From Pseudomonadota bacterium (GTDB lineage: Bacteria; Bdellovibrionota; Bdellovibrionia; Bdellovibrionales; SG-bin7): a DNA stretch of 36,994 nt. The notes below the pieces were generated by a model. The model saw nothing but the letters and a program-made list of their open reading frames with translations. It did not search any database and was not told where the DNA came from. Of the stretch, positions 11,828 to 22,342 are shown in pieces (within the stretch, counting starts at the first letter, position 1; each line of letters begins with the position of its first letter). Location of the stretch: the NCBI GenBank assembly GCA_034439715.1, contig JAWXAY010000098.1, forward strand, positions 1-36,994, given 5' to 3'. Position numbers and translations under genes: made by a program.

Positions 11828-12663
11828 AATTAAAAGAGCTAGTTAAAATACATACAGACCGACTGCACAGCCTGAAAGTTGAGTCAGCGCGCCTGGATGT
11901 TGAACTCATCGTTGCCAATTGTTTGGAGCTGAATCGAACAGATTTAATGCTCCAGGAAAATCAGACAATCTCGAATTCGGGCCTCAAAGAAATAGAAAAA
12001 GACTTGGAGAGACGAGCGGCTGGAGAGCCCGTCGCATATATTTTGGGGCACAAAGATTTTTATAAAGAAACATTTATTGTTAACTCAGGAGTATTAGTAC
12101 CAAGACCTGAAACCGAATTAATTGTCGAAGAAGCCCTTTCTTGGATAGGGAACAAGTCGACCTTAAAAATACTTGATTTGGGTTGTGGCAGCGGATGTAT
12201 CGGATTGAGCATTATTAAAGAAACTTTGGGCAATCAAATGTGTGGGATAGATGCTTCAATCTCTGCGGTGCAGATATCTCTTATTAATGCAAAAAAACTA
12301 AAGGTCGACAGTCGCTGTAAATTTATTCACACAAATGTTTTAAGCCTTAAAGTAGATTCAGTGAATCTTGTAGTGGCAAACCCACCTTATCTCGATGAGT
12401 CTGATACTTCCATCGATAGAAAAAGTCTTAACTTTGAGCCAAAAGAGGCGTTATATTCTAAAGAACAAGGATTTTTTGATGTCAAAGAGTGGCTCAAAAA
12501 ATCGGCAGAGTTACTACTACCATCGGGATTGTTATTAATGGAAATTGGCGTCAATCAAGGAGATCTGGTGAGAGAGTTTCTAACGTCTAACCACTTATTT
12601 TCGGAATTCAAAATCCTCAAAGATCTCAGCGATCGAGAGCGAGTGATTAGGGCGATTAAATAA
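11824..12663 (+). CDS. prmC: Release factor glutamine methyltransferase
   Basis: GEPVAYILG, VPRPETE, LDLGCGSGCI, NPPY; follows prfA. Confidence 0.95.
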   Translation: MKLKELVKIHTDRLHSLKVESARLDVELIVANCLELNRTDLMLQENQTISNSGLKEIEKDLERRAAGEPVAYILGHKDFYKETFIVNSGVLVPRPETELIVEEALSWIGNKSTLKILDLGCGSGCIGLSIIKETLGNQMCGIDASISAVQISLINAKKLKVDSRCKFIHTNVLSLKVDSVNLVVANPPYLDESDTSIDRKSLNFEPKEALYSKEQGFFDVKEWLKKSAELLLPSGLLLMEIGVNQGDLVREFLTSNHLFSEFKILKDLSDRERVIRAIK

Positions 12664-13916
12664 TGGATAAGATTCATATCAATGGCGGGAAAAAACTTAG
12701 GGGTCAGGTTGCAGCGAGTGGCGCCAAGAATGCGGCGTTGCCGCTGTTGTTTTCTGCTCTCCTCGCAGAAGGTCGACATGTTTTTCACAATATTCCAAAG
12801 CTAAAAGATATCGAGTCTACCTCTCAGCTCTTGGTTCAGTTGGGTTGCGAAGTAAAAATCGATAACAAAACATTGATTGTTGATGTTAAGCCATCAGCAA
12901 TAATTGAAGCCCCTTACGATTTAGTTCGAAAAATGCGCGCTAGTATTTTATGCTTAGGCCCCCTCCTAGGCCTCAGAAAAAAGGCCCGCGTAAGTCTTCC
13001 GGGCGGCTGTGCAATCGGCACCAGACCTATTGATATTCACCTGGAAGGATTTAAAGCGTTAGGAGCAAATGTTAATGTAGAGGCGGGATACGTAAACGCC
13101 GAGTGTGAAAAGCTAGAGGGGACCTCAATTTTATTTGATAGTCCAACGGTTGGGGGCACGGAAAACATTATGATGGCAGCGACATTGGCTGAAGGAAGAA
13201 CCACCATTGAAAATGCGGCAAAAGAACCAGAAATTGTAGACCTCGCGGAATACCTAATAAAAATGGGTGCAAAAATTAAGGGTGCGGGAACGAGCATTAT
13301 AAATATAGATGGCGTGAACAAATTAAAACCGGCAGAACACACTGTCATTCCTGATCGAATTGAAGCTGGTACTTTGCTGATCGCTGGCGCAATTACGGGC
13401 GGCGAAGTTACCGTATCGAATTGTAAACCTGAACATATAGACGCGTTAATAGCTAAACTTAAAGAAAGCGGCTTCAAAATTTCTGAGGGCAAGGATACAG
13501 TCACAATTCATGAGGCCTCTAGCTGGAAGGGCGTAGATCTAACAACGGCCCCCCATCCGGCTTTTCCGACAGATTTACAGGCTCAATTTATGGCCCTTAT
13601 GACGGTTGCCGAGGGCGTGAGTGTAATTACAGAAACTGTATTTGAAAATCGATTTATGCACGTGCAAGAATTAATGAGACTGGGGGCCAATATTACTCCT
13701 AAAACTAGAGTGGCCATTGTCAGAGGCAAAAAGAACAGTCTGGTTGGCGCGCCAGTTATGGCAACTGATCTAAGAGCCAGTGCCTCGCTAGTGATAGCAG
13801 GATTGGCGGCAAAGGGCGTAACTACAGTGGCGCGCATTTATCATTTGGATCGAGGATATGAAGAGTTAGAAAAAAAACTACAATCTTTGGGTGCAGAGAC
13901 CAAGAGAGTTTTATAA
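12663..13916 (+). CDS. murA: UDP-N-acetylglucosamine 1-carboxyvinyltransferase
   Basis: GAKNAALP, LPGGCAIGTRP (catalytic Cys), FENRFMHV, DLRASA. Confidence 0.98.
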   Translation: MDKIHINGGKKLRGQVAASGAKNAALPLLFSALLAEGRHVFHNIPKLKDIESTSQLLVQLGCEVKIDNKTLIVDVKPSAIIEAPYDLVRKMRASILCLGPLLGLRKKARVSLPGGCAIGTRPIDIHLEGFKALGANVNVEAGYVNAECEKLEGTSILFDSPTVGGTENIMMAATLAEGRTTIENAAKEPEIVDLAEYLIKMGAKIKGAGTSIINIDGVNKLKPAEHTVIPDRIEAGTLLIAGAITGGEVTVSNCKPEHIDALIAKLKESGFKISEGKDTVTIHEASSWKGVDLTTAPHPAFPTDLQAQFMALMTVAEGVSVITETVFENRFMHVQELMRLGANITPKTRVAIVRGKKNSLVGAPVMATDLRASASLVIAGLAAKGVTTVARIYHLDRGYEELEKKLQSLGAETKRVL

Positions 13917-13939
13917 TAGGAATCAATTAGGAGACAGCC

Positions 13940-14521
13940 ATGAATAAATTATTAGTGATAGCACTAGGATTAACAATTTCATTAACCGCTTTATCTGAGG
14001 AGAAAAAAATGGACGCCGCGAAAACCAGCGCAAATCCAAAAGTAACACTTGAAACGACAGAGGGAAGTATTTTAGTAGAAATATTTCAAGACAAAGCCCC
14101 TGAGTCAGCAAAAAATTTCTTAAAATATGTTGACGACGGATTTTACGCCGAGACGATTTTTCATCGAGTTATTGAGGGCTTTATGATTCAAGGCGGGGGA
14201 TTTACTAAAGACATGAAGCAAAAGAAAGCTTTGCCGTCGATCAAAAATGAATCCTCAAACGGCTTAAAAAATGATAGAGGCACTTTGGCTATGGCCCGAA
14301 CAAGTGATCCCGGTTCAGCCACCTCGCAATTTTTTATTAATGTGGTAGACAATGCCTTCCTGAATAAATCTCAGTCTGCTGATGGACATGGTTACGCGGT
14401 TTTCGGCAAAGTTGTGGATGCCAAAGGTCTCGAGGTAGTCGACAAAATTAGAAAAACAAAAACTGCTGCGCAGGATGTGCCGGTCACACCAATTGTTATT
14501 CTAAAAGCAAAAAGGATGTAG
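13940..14521 (+). CDS. Exported cyclophilin-type peptidyl-prolyl isomerase
   Basis: Signal peptide; [33 protein letters not shown]. Confidence 0.94.
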   Translation: MNKLLVIALGLTISLTALSEEKKMDAAKTSANPKVTLETTEGSILVEIFQDKAPESAKNFLKYVDDGFYAETIFHRVIEGFMIQGGGFTKDMKQKKALPSIKNESSNGLKNDRGTLAMARTSDPGSATSQFFINVVDNAFLNKSQSADGHGYAVFGKVVDAKGLEVVDKIRKTKTAAQDVPVTPIVILKAKRM

Positions 14522-14528
14522 ATTAAAA

Positions 14529-14897
14529 ATGGCGGAGAGTTGCATTTTTTGCCGAATTGTTAAGGGCGAAATTCCGAGTAAAAAAGTATATGAAGACGAG
14601 TGGGTGTTGGGACTAGAAGATTTAAATCCTGCCGCTCCCGTCCACTACCTTTTTTTGCCAAAAAAACATGTGCGCTCTTTAAATGAGTTAAATCTTCATC
14701 AGGATAGTCAAGATGGAGAGCAGTTAATTGCTAGGATTTTTTCTGCCATTTCAAAAGTCACTAATAAAGAAAACATAAGCGATCCTGGTTACAAGGTAGC
14801 AATAAATACCGGGGTCAAGGGTGGCCAATCAGTGTTTCACCTTCATGTTCATTTACTCGCGGGTAAGGATTTTAGCTCGCACTTCAGCCATGTCTGA
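14529..14897 (+). CDS. HIT family (Hint-like) nucleotide hydrolase
   Basis: CIFCRIV, GQSVFHLHVHLL histidine triad. Confidence 0.94.
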   Translation: MAESCIFCRIVKGEIPSKKVYEDEWVLGLEDLNPAAPVHYLFLPKKHVRSLNELNLHQDSQDGEQLIARIFSAISKVTNKENISDPGYKVAINTGVKGGQSVFHLHVHLLAGKDFSSHFSHV

Positions 14898-17688
14898 CAA
14901 TAACGCTCGGTGGATGGTTAAAGATAAAACCGGGCGGATCGTGGGCCCACTGACGACGGTGCAGGTGCTCGACCTTATTTCGCAGCTCATTTTATCCGGT
15001 GAAGAAATGGTAGCAAGGCATCCCAACGGTGAGTGGATTTCCATTTCAAAGGAGGCCGAGTTTTATGATCGGCTTCTTGAAGTTTTATCATCGGGGGCCT
15101 CAACAGATGACGACCCTGATACGAAAGGACCAAATCCGGTAGAGCCTCAGTTTGAGCTGGATCACCCCGGATTTGCAGTTACAGAAGCGGCGCCAACAGA
15201 AAAAATTATCAGTGGCCCCAGCGAGAAAAATCCCGAGTCCGACCCCACAGTTTTGCAGACCCGTACAAGGCCAAAAGTCATCGACCTGAAAGAACTGAAG
15301 CCAAAGAGTAAAAAAAGATCAAAGGCAAGGAGGTCTAAGCTTCCTTTTTTTTTGGCTCTTATTCTCGGGCTAGTCGGCGCACTTTTAATTTTTCCTTCGG
15401 GCAAATCTGAAAATAAAATGAGACTGATAGCCCCAAGAAAAGGGCAGCCAGCACTTAAACAGGCTGAAATTGAAAAAATGTTTAAACCAGTTATCGCGGA
15501 GTTTCAAAAAGACAATTTTGACTCCTATCGGAAAGCAATGAACATTTTGGTTCCTGTTGCCGAGGGGGCGCCAAGAAATGCCTCTGTCCACCAACTACTC
15601 TGTTTGATATATCGAGAACTTTGGCCCTTTACCAATCAGGATCAAAAAGATGAATCCGTAGTCCTCGCGGTCTCTAAAATGACCGAAGAAATGGACCCAG
15701 GCGGAGTGGCCTCAGCCACCTGCCGTTTAGTATCAATGATGATTAAGGGACGAGTTCCCGATGCCAAAAACTTGGTGGATTCCTCGATTGAATCCTATCC
15801 CACTGCTGCGGTGTTTTACGAAATTAAAGGCGAACTTACGGGTGGCCAGGCAACGTCATTTATGTTTTTAGACTCTCGGGCGGGAGCATCTTACATGGAA
15901 AAGGCCGAGCAACTCTGGCCGCAATGGCTAAAGCCCAAGGTTGCCACCGCGGTCTTCGCGGAAAAATCAGGAAATGTCTCTTTGGCCCTACAGAAATTGA
16001 GAGAGACTTTGCAAGTCAATTCACAACATGATGTCGCGCGAGCTTTTTATGGAATCTTTACTTATAGACGACTTGGAAAAAGCGAGGCGGCTGTCGAGCA
16101 GCTGTTGCCAATTGCAGGTAGTCGGCAACTTCACCAACCCATTGCTGCAGAAGCTAATCTTGTTTTGGCGCAAATTTACGATAAGTTTGGAGACAAATCT
16201 AATGCATTGAAATATGCGCAGAAATCTTATCAGTTAAACCCCGGTGGCAGGGCTGCTCAAAACTTAATTAGAAGGTATGGTGGAGACCCCTCAGCAATTA
16301 AAGTTTCTGAAGACCTAGTCGGCGCACTTTACATAGGGGATCAGTTTTATTTAAAAGGTGATTTTTTTGCAGCAATGGCAGAATATAAGGCTGCTTTTGA
16401 GGTCAACAAAAAAAATGGTCTGGCAGCACTCAAGGCCGCTAAATGTTATTGGAAATTAAATCAGTTTAAAGAGGCTTTGGTGTGGCTAGATAAGGCCATT
16501 GGCGCAGATTCAAAACTCATCGAAGCTTACGTGACTAAAGCTGAATATTATACCGAGAGATACGATTTTTATGGGGCCGATTTAACTCTAAGAAAGGCCC
16601 AGTCTGCCAATAAAAATAATTATGAAATTCTTAGGGGATACGCTTTGCTTGAATTGAAAAGAAATAATTTTCAGTTAAGTGAAGCCTATGCATTAAAGTC
16701 ACTTAAAGTACACGATACAGATTTGCAGACTCACATTATTTTGGCAAAGGCTCAATTGGGCATGGCTAAATTTCAAGAGGCTTTTGTCACCGCCGCAAAA
16801 GTACTTGAGCTTGATGTCAACTCTACAGAAGCTCAAGACACATATGTAAAAGTTTTGGCCGCGGTCCAGGGCGTTGACGCCGCGGTTTACTATACTAAGG
16901 GGGTGATAGAGAATTATCCTCGAACCCTGGGATATCGAGTAATATTGGCGGATCTTCTTTATCAAGATGAAAGGTATACCGACGCCGAAATGATGTATCG
17001 GCAAATTACACAAATCGATCCCACCAAAAAAGAAGCGTTCTGGGGACTTGGTCGCAGCATTCAGGCTCAAGGAAAATACCAAAACGCGATCGATCCGCTT
17101 TTGAAGGCGGCCACACTAGATCCTGGCGACGCCAACTCCTCCTTCTATTTGGGTCAACTTTACATGGCGGCAGGACAGAATGAAAAAGCACTCAAGAATT
17201 TTGAGCGAGTCGTTGGAATTAATTCAGTGTTTCCTCGTGCTCACTTGTTTTTAGGGAAGGTAGCCTTGGCGCTCAATAATTTCGAACTGGCACTTAAAGA
17301 AGCCGAACAGGAACAGGTAGTCAGCCCCAATTCAGCAGAGGGTTTTCTTCTTGCGGCAGAAATTTACACTCAACAAAAACGCTATTCAAATTGCACTCAA
17401 GAACTTCAAAAGGCGCTAAAATTAAACGTCGCCGGCGCCATGACTTATGTAAATATGGCCAAATGTTATCGCTTATCTGGCTCTCCTGATGCAGCGATAT
17501 CGATGATCAACATTGCCCAAGAGCGGGAGTCGGGCCTGCCTGAAGTCTATTTGGAACTCGGCCAAGGCTACGAAATGAAGGGCGACAACATTGCTGCAAT
17601 TGAGGCCTATAATCAGTATTTAGTTTTATCACCCAACGGAAAAGATGGCGCGTTTGTTCGACAAAGGATACAATCTTTAGGAAAGTAA
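14890..17688 (+). CDS. Membrane-anchored TPR protein with N-terminal GYF-like domain
   Basis: W...GRIVGP...W N-terminal GYF_2-like pattern, one TM helix (LPFFLALILGLVGALLIF), many TPR-like repeats; ATG 14890 overlaps the end of the HIT gene. Confidence 0.85.
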   Translation: MSDNNARWMVKDKTGRIVGPLTTVQVLDLISQLILSGEEMVARHPNGEWISISKEAEFYDRLLEVLSSGASTDDDPDTKGPNPVEPQFELDHPGFAVTEAAPTEKIISGPSEKNPESDPTVLQTRTRPKVIDLKELKPKSKKRSKARRSKLPFFLALILGLVGALLIFPSGKSENKMRLIAPRKGQPALKQAEIEKMFKPVIAEFQKDNFDSYRKAMNILVPVAEGAPRNASVHQLLCLIYRELWPFTNQDQKDESVVLAVSKMTEEMDPGGVASATCRLVSMMIKGRVPDAKNLVDSSIESYPTAAVFYEIKGELTGGQATSFMFLDSRAGASYMEKAEQLWPQWLKPKVATAVFAEKSGNVSLALQKLRETLQVNSQHDVARAFYGIFTYRRLGKSEAAVEQLLPIAGSRQLHQPIAAEANLVLAQIYDKFGDKSNALKYAQKSYQLNPGGRAAQNLIRRYGGDPSAIKVSEDLVGALYIGDQFYLKGDFFAAMAEYKAAFEVNKKNGLAALKAAKCYWKLNQFKEALVWLDKAIGADSKLIEAYVTKAEYYTERYDFYGADLTLRKAQSANKNNYEILRGYALLELKRNNFQLSEAYALKSLKVHDTDLQTHIILAKAQLGMAKFQEAFVTAAKVLELDVNSTEAQDTYVKVLAAVQGVDAAVYYTKGVIENYPRTLGYRVILADLLYQDERYTDAEMMYRQITQIDPTKKEAFWGLGRSIQAQGKYQNAIDPLLKAATLDPGDANSSFYLGQLYMAAGQNEKALKNFERVVGINSVFPRAHLFLGKVALALNNFELALKEAEQEQVVSPNSAEGFLLAAEIYTQQKRYSNCTQELQKALKLNVAGAMTYVNMAKCYRLSGSPDAAISMINIAQERESGLPEVYLELGQGYEMKGDNIAAIEAYNQYLVLSPNGKDGAFVRQRIQSLGK

Positions 17689-17702
17689 ACGGGGGAGCTT
17701 CA

Positions 17703-17993
17703 ATGTCAAAGTTAGCTAGTGCAATTCAGTACAAAATAAAATCGACAACGGCAAGTGTCTCGCTAATGTTTTTTAAAATCTTATCCGGCGCAATTATTGG
17801 ACTTACCTTAGCCATTATTGGCCAGGAAATGGTTGGCTATTCGACATTTATGTTTACTTTCATCATCGTAGTATTTACGGGGATATTTATGCGTGTTACT
17901 AAGAATTGGGGATTTTTAATGATGGTGATGTTTGACTTATTCGCATTTATGTCTGGATTATTATTAAAAATGTATATTTTAGTAAACGGATAA
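17703..17993 (+). CDS. Small multi-TM membrane protein, unknown function
   Basis: 96 aa, about 3 hydrophobic segments, GGAG RBS, sits in operon. Confidence 0.8.
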   Translation: MSKLASAIQYKIKSTTASVSLMFFKILSGAIIGLTLAIIGQEMVGYSTFMFTFIIVVFTGIFMRVTKNWGFLMMVMFDLFAFMSGLLLKMYILVNG

Positions 17994-18007
17994 ATAACGA
18001 GAAGCCT

Positions 18008-19282
18008 ATGATCGATCTTAAAGAACTTGAAAAAGACGAGTACTACAAACGCTATTCACAGTGCCTAATTAATCGCAGCTTTGATCCACAAAAGCTCGAA
18101 GAGTTGTTAGGCCTAAATAAAGAACGCAAAAGGCTTATTTCTGAAGCCGAATCTTTCAAGGCCCAGCAGAACAAAATGTCTGAAGTCATTGCAAAACTAA
18201 AAAAAGAAAAAGCCGACGCCTCTAAGCAAATTTCTGAAATGCAAGAGCTCAGCAGTAAAGTTAAAGATCTTTTTAGTAAGGCGGCCGAGGCTGACAAAAG
18301 GGTTACGGAGGTTCATGCTACGCTTCCGAACCTCTGCCACGAATCGACTCCAGTCGGAAAGGCTGAGGACGGTAACAAAGAAGTGCGTCGATGGGGCGAA
18401 ATACGCAAATTTTCATTTAAACCCAAAGAGCACGGCGAACTAGGAACACTGCGAGGGCTGTTAGATCTAGAGCGTGCAGCAAAGGTAGCTGGTGCGAGGT
18501 TTTGGTTTTTATTAGGTGATTTAGCGCTTATGGAGCGTGCCTTGATAAATTTTATGTTAGACATTCACACTACAAAACACGGCTATAAAGAAATAATGGC
18601 GCCATATATGGTGAATACCAATAGTATGTTTGGCGTGGGACAGTTTCCAAAGTTTTTTGAAGAGAGTTTTCATGTTCAAGGCACAGATTATCACTTGATT
18701 CCCACCTCTGAGGCGTCCGTCACTAACTACTATGCGCAAGAAATATTAGACGAAGAAATATTGCCGCAAAAATTCGTGAGCTTTAGTCCGTGTTTTCGGG
18801 CTGAGGCGGGTGCCTATGGCAAGGACACAAAAGGAATTTTAAGAGTACACCAATTTCACAAAGTTGAATTGTTAAAATTTACTCATCCGTCAAAATCCTG
18901 TGAGGAGCATGAGGCCCTTACCCGTGACGCTGAAGAAATATTAAAAGCGCTTGAACTCCCATATCGAACAATGGCCTTGTGCACGGGTGATATTGGTTTT
19001 AGCGCGGCGAAATGCTATGACTTAGAGGCCTGGTTGCCAGGACAAAATGCTTATCGTGAGATTAGTTCGTGTTCGGTGTTTGACGACTTTCAGGCACGAC
19101 GGGCAAACATACGTTTTCGGTCAAAAGGTGGCAAACCGCAGTTTGTCCACACCATAAATGGGTCAGGACTCGCAATTGGCCGCACCTTAATTGCAATAAT
19201 AGAAAATTATCAACAAGAAGACGGCTCAATTGAAATTCCCACTGCCCTTTTGCCATACATGCACGGTAAAAAATCAATCTAA
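18008..19282 (+). CDS. serS: Serine--tRNA ligase
   Basis: N-terminal coiled coil, [39 protein letters not shown]. Confidence 0.98.
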   Translation: MIDLKELEKDEYYKRYSQCLINRSFDPQKLEELLGLNKERKRLISEAESFKAQQNKMSEVIAKLKKEKADASKQISEMQELSSKVKDLFSKAAEADKRVTEVHATLPNLCHESTPVGKAEDGNKEVRRWGEIRKFSFKPKEHGELGTLRGLLDLERAAKVAGARFWFLLGDLALMERALINFMLDIHTTKHGYKEIMAPYMVNTNSMFGVGQFPKFFEESFHVQGTDYHLIPTSEASVTNYYAQEILDEEILPQKFVSFSPCFRAEAGAYGKDTKGILRVHQFHKVELLKFTHPSKSCEEHEALTRDAEEILKALELPYRTMALCTGDIGFSAAKCYDLEAWLPGQNAYREISSCSVFDDFQARRANIRFRSKGGKPQFVHTINGSGLAIGRTLIAIIENYQQEDGSIEIPTALLPYMHGKKSI

Positions 19283-19372
19283 GACAGCAGAAATTTTTTT
19301 CGGGCCGCAGCGCGAAATTCACGCAATTCTATTTGATATGTTAAGGGCTTAGCAATAACTCTGAATGCGGCT

Positions 19373-19462
19373 GGAGAGATGGCTGAGCGGTTGATAGCAC
19401 CGGTCTTGAAAACCGGAGGCCTCGCAAGGGGCTCGGGGGTTCGAATCCCTCTCTCTCCGCCA
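19373..19462 (+). tRNA. tRNA-Ser(TGA)
   Basis: 90 nt GGAGAGA...TCTCTCC-G-CCA; anticodon arm CCGGT-CTTGAAA-ACCGG; long variable arm; GGTTCGAATCC T-loop. Confidence 0.97.
19401..19462 (+). repeat. attL core (3' 62 bp of tRNA-Ser)
   Basis: Identical to 33685-33746. Confidence 0.95.
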
Positions 19463-19472
19463 AATTTAATTT

Positions 19473-19485
19473 TATCAATAGGTTG
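19473..19485 (+). promoter_or_regulatory. IHF-like binding site in the left att arm
   Basis: TATCAATAGGTTG matches WATCAANNNNTTR. A one-mismatch copy lies on the minus strand at 33647-33659, next to attR. Confidence 0.55.
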
Positions 19486-19550
19486 CGGGCAGTAGGAAAA
19501 AACCCAAAACCCGTTGAACCACTTTAAAACCGTAGAACCCAGTGGTATGC

Positions 19551-19569
19551 GGTCCCAAATGGGTCCCAA
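19551..19569 (+). repeat. Putative integrase arm-type sites (GGTCCCAA x2, 11-bp period), left end
   Basis: GGTCCCAAatgGGTCCCAA; the same pair recurs near attR. Confidence 0.75.
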
Positions 19570-19576
19570 AAATAAT

Positions 19577-19867
19577 TCAAGTGAGAAGTTTTTCTAACCG
19601 CTTTCTTATGAAGGCCATATCAGTCTGAGTATTGGCCGCTAGCTCAGTAAGTTCCATAAGCTCCGCCAATAACTTCTCAGAGTTTTTCAAAAATTCGTCG
19701 CGCTTATTAGGATACAGACAAAGAAATCTTTCGGTGAGTATATCCGACCGATGGCCCGCTTCGTTTTCCGTTACTCGATTGTCTAGTAAGGCCCGAAGGT
19801 TGTTAACCATCTCATCGGTCAATTCTTTTGATTTATCATTAACGAAAATATTTGTTATGTTTTCCAT
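19577..19867 (-). CDS. Hypothetical protein downstream of the integrase
   Basis: 96-aa ORF with GGAG RBS, co-oriented with int. Confidence 0.65.
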   Translation of the reverse strand: MENITNIFVNDKSKELTDEMVNNLRALLDNRVTENEAGHRSDILTERFLCLYPNKRDEFLKNSEKLLAELMELTELAANTQTDMAFIRKRLEKLLT

Positions 19868-19888
19868 TATCGTTCTCCCTAAAGAAAT

Positions 19889-21106
19889 TTAAATCCCAGC
19901 TAATAAAAAACCTGACACTTCTATCGCCATTGCGTCGGCATCTTTCAAAACGTGTCGGCCATATATGTCCCAAGTTATTGATGGCTTTGCATGTCCCAGT
20001 CTTTTAGCGACTGCATTGACAGGAACGCCATTGTTTAAAAGTAATGTCGCGTGAGTGTGGCGGAGACCATGAAGCGAGAAGCCTGTAAAGCCCAAATCCT
20101 TAATCCCACGAGTGAAGGCTTTAGAAACCCCACCAGGATTTAGCGGCTTGGGTGTAGCTAGCGGATCTCTATCGACTAACCACTCAGGGTTATAGAAGAT
20201 CAAATGGTCTTCTTTTATGTGCTTACCAAAAGTAAAAGCCTTTTCGCGTGCCTCTTTTTTCATCTTTCGAAGAAGGCCTACAAAGTTTTGGTTGATACCA
20301 ATCGTGCGAATACTGCTTGGAGACTTGGGGTCTTTAAACCTGGTGCCGAACTTCTTAGTGCACTCAATAGCCCGGTTGACAGAGACCGAGGATTTTTCAA
20401 AGTTAATATCTTTCCATCGCGATGCTAGCACCTCACCCCTTCTCATGCCCGTGGCCGCCAAAAAGCATACTAATATGTAAATTTCATTTGGCTCTAAAAA
20501 CTTAATTAAGCTGGTGAGCTGTTCTTGATCGAGTGCAAAAACTTTTTCTGCTCCGCCGCTCGCTAAATCATTCGCGTGTCGGCTCGCCACTTTTGGGGGC
20601 TCAACCTTCGCCATTGGTGAGACTGCAATGAACCCTTTTTGAACCGCAAAGCCAAATGCAGAAAAACTGACAGTGTGAACGTGAGAAACTGTGCGACCAC
20701 CGAGCTTCCTTCTTTCTTCGCCGTTCGGGCCAATGCCCTTTGCGAGGTTGTTAAAAAGAAAGTCGAAATCCAACGAATTGATTTTTAAAATAAGTCTATT
20801 GCCTAGATAAGGAATAACGTGATTCTTCAATATCTCAGAATATCCTTCATGTGTTCGAGCGGCGACTCTGGGCTCTTTGTATTCTAAGAATTTTGCACAT
20901 AGCGCCTCAACGGTCATTTTATTGGGATCAATATGCGTACCTTTATCGACTTGATTTAAGAGTTCTCTAAGTCTTGCTTCGGCAGCTTTTTTGTTGCCAC
21001 GGACTGTCTCGGTACAGCGGCGTCTTCTGTTTGTAGTTGGATCGCGACCAATTTCATACTTTAACTGATAAGAGTCGCCTCGTTTGGTTATTGTTCCACT
21101 TGCCAT
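19889..21106 (-). CDS. int: Tyrosine recombinase / phage integrase
   Basis: N-terminal arm-binding-like domain, TGMRRGE, HGLRHTHAT, RLGH...DIY catalytic residues. Confidence 0.96.
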   Translation of the reverse strand: MASGTITKRGDSYQLKYEIGRDPTTNRRRRCTETVRGNKKAAEARLRELLNQVDKGTHIDPNKMTVEALCAKFLEYKEPRVAARTHEGYSEILKNHVIPYLGNRLILKINSLDFDFLFNNLAKGIGPNGEERRKLGGRTVSHVHTVSFSAFGFAVQKGFIAVSPMAKVEPPKVASRHANDLASGGAEKVFALDQEQLTSLIKFLEPNEIYILVCFLAATGMRRGEVLASRWKDINFEKSSVSVNRAIECTKKFGTRFKDPKSPSSIRTIGINQNFVGLLRKMKKEAREKAFTFGKHIKEDHLIFYNPEWLVDRDPLATPKPLNPGGVSKAFTRGIKDLGFTGFSLHGLRHTHATLLLNNGVPVNAVAKRLGHAKPSITWDIYGRHVLKDADAMAIEVSGFLLAGI

Positions 21107-21108
21107 GG

Positions 21109-21918
21109 TTACTTCGCCTTTCGTTTAAGTGCATTAAGCCGATTATTTGCCTGTTTCTGATGACTTTTGGAGCACGCGTTTTTATTTGTTCGTGTGACTG
21201 GATTTCTAAACCACTCACTACACCAATCGCAACGCAGGTATTGCCAATGGCCGCCAGAAAGTTCCTGAAAAAACCGGGCTAAGATATAGGTGCGTAAATC
21301 TTTAGGGTGAAGCTGAAAAACAAAGTTTTTCGCGTCTTCAATATTGGTTTCATTCCTTAAGATATCGGGACGCGCAAAAAACACTAGGTCGGATGCTTTC
21401 ATGTGCTTATACATTTCAAAAGTTACGACAGTATCTTTTATTTTGCGTCCAGGCTCATTAAGATCAAAATATTTATCAAATATTTTTCTATTTAACTTCT
21501 GCCGCCTAATTGATCTTCGTATTTTATCTATTTTACCAGCGAAGAAAATATATTCTAGGTAATAAACTTCCTGCTTTGTCGGGAGATCTAAGTGTCCATA
21601 TTTGGCCGCAAACTTAAGTGATCTATCAAAAACATTACCATCTTTTTTTTTGCTTAAAATGTTCAGTAGATCAGAAATTATGTTTGGTTGTGCCGCAGGA
21701 AAATATGTCACTAAGTCTTCACTTTTTTCTCTGTGGACAATTAGGTCTGTCGATCCTTTATAAGAGAGGTCATTTAATCTTTCGATTAGAGTGGACTTCC
21801 TGCTAACTATTCGAAGATCATCGGCACGCTTGGCAGGTACTCTTTTCCATTCGAAGTAATTGTACTTAAAAGGCGTGTATACCTCGGCATCAGCAGATTT
21901 ATTTTTTTTCTTTGTCAC
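21109..21918 (-). CDS. Hypothetical protein with C-terminal CGNR-like zinc finger
   Basis: RCDWCSEWF...CSKSH...N.R at the C-terminus. GTG 21918 follows GAGGGG; the ORF is open to 22002. Confidence 0.65.
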   Translation of the reverse strand: MTKKKNKSADAEVYTPFKYNYFEWKRVPAKRADDLRIVSRKSTLIERLNDLSYKGSTDLIVHREKSEDLVTYFPAAQPNIISDLLNILSKKKDGNVFDRSLKFAAKYGHLDLPTKQEVYYLEYIFFAGKIDKIRRSIRRQKLNRKIFDKYFDLNEPGRKIKDTVVTFEMYKHMKASDLVFFARPDILRNETNIEDAKNFVFQLHPKDLRTYILARFFQELSGGHWQYLRCDWCSEWFRNPVTRTNKNACSKSHQKQANNRLNALKRKAK

Positions 21919-22078
21919 GCCATGCCCCTCTAATAACAAGTCATTCCTATATATAAGACGTTTAAGACCGTCAACTCCTCTGAAAAGTCTACAGTACGAC
22001 ACTATGATGTTTTTATGATGTTTTTGGGGCCTTGTTCGTAATGTCGCTTTTCATTATCTTTGGTTCAAAGGAGAAACT

Positions 22079-22342
22079 ATGTATTACGAAACTGTAAAAT
22101 TCTTAAGAACAAAACCAAGGACAGAAGCCATGACAAAACCAAATGATGAGATTGCGGTACTTACCATAAAAGAGGTCGCGACATTATTGAAGATGTCGAT
22201 ATCAGCGGTAAACGAATCATGCATTAAAGGCGAACTGCCTTCGATAAAAGTTGGCCGCCGAAGACTAGTGCCAAGAAAAGCATTGCTTGAGTATATCGAA
22301 AAAAATCAGTTTAGCGCTAAGCCGAGGTTCTCGCCCAAATGA
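22079..22342 (+). CDS. AlpA/excisionase-like HTH DNA-binding protein
   Basis: VLTIKEVATLLKMS...GELPSIKVGRRRLVPRKAL (HTH_17 pattern); AAGGAG RBS; divergent from int. Confidence 0.88.
   Translation: MYYETVKFLRTKPRTEAMTKPNDEIAVLTIKEVATLLKMSISAVNESCIKGELPSIKVGRRRLVPRKALLEYIEKNQFSAKPRFSPK

Noticed and set aside
19279..19569. Minus-strand ORF over tRNA-Ser (likewise 33676-33963 over attR)
   Set aside because: Antisense translations of tRNA sequence.
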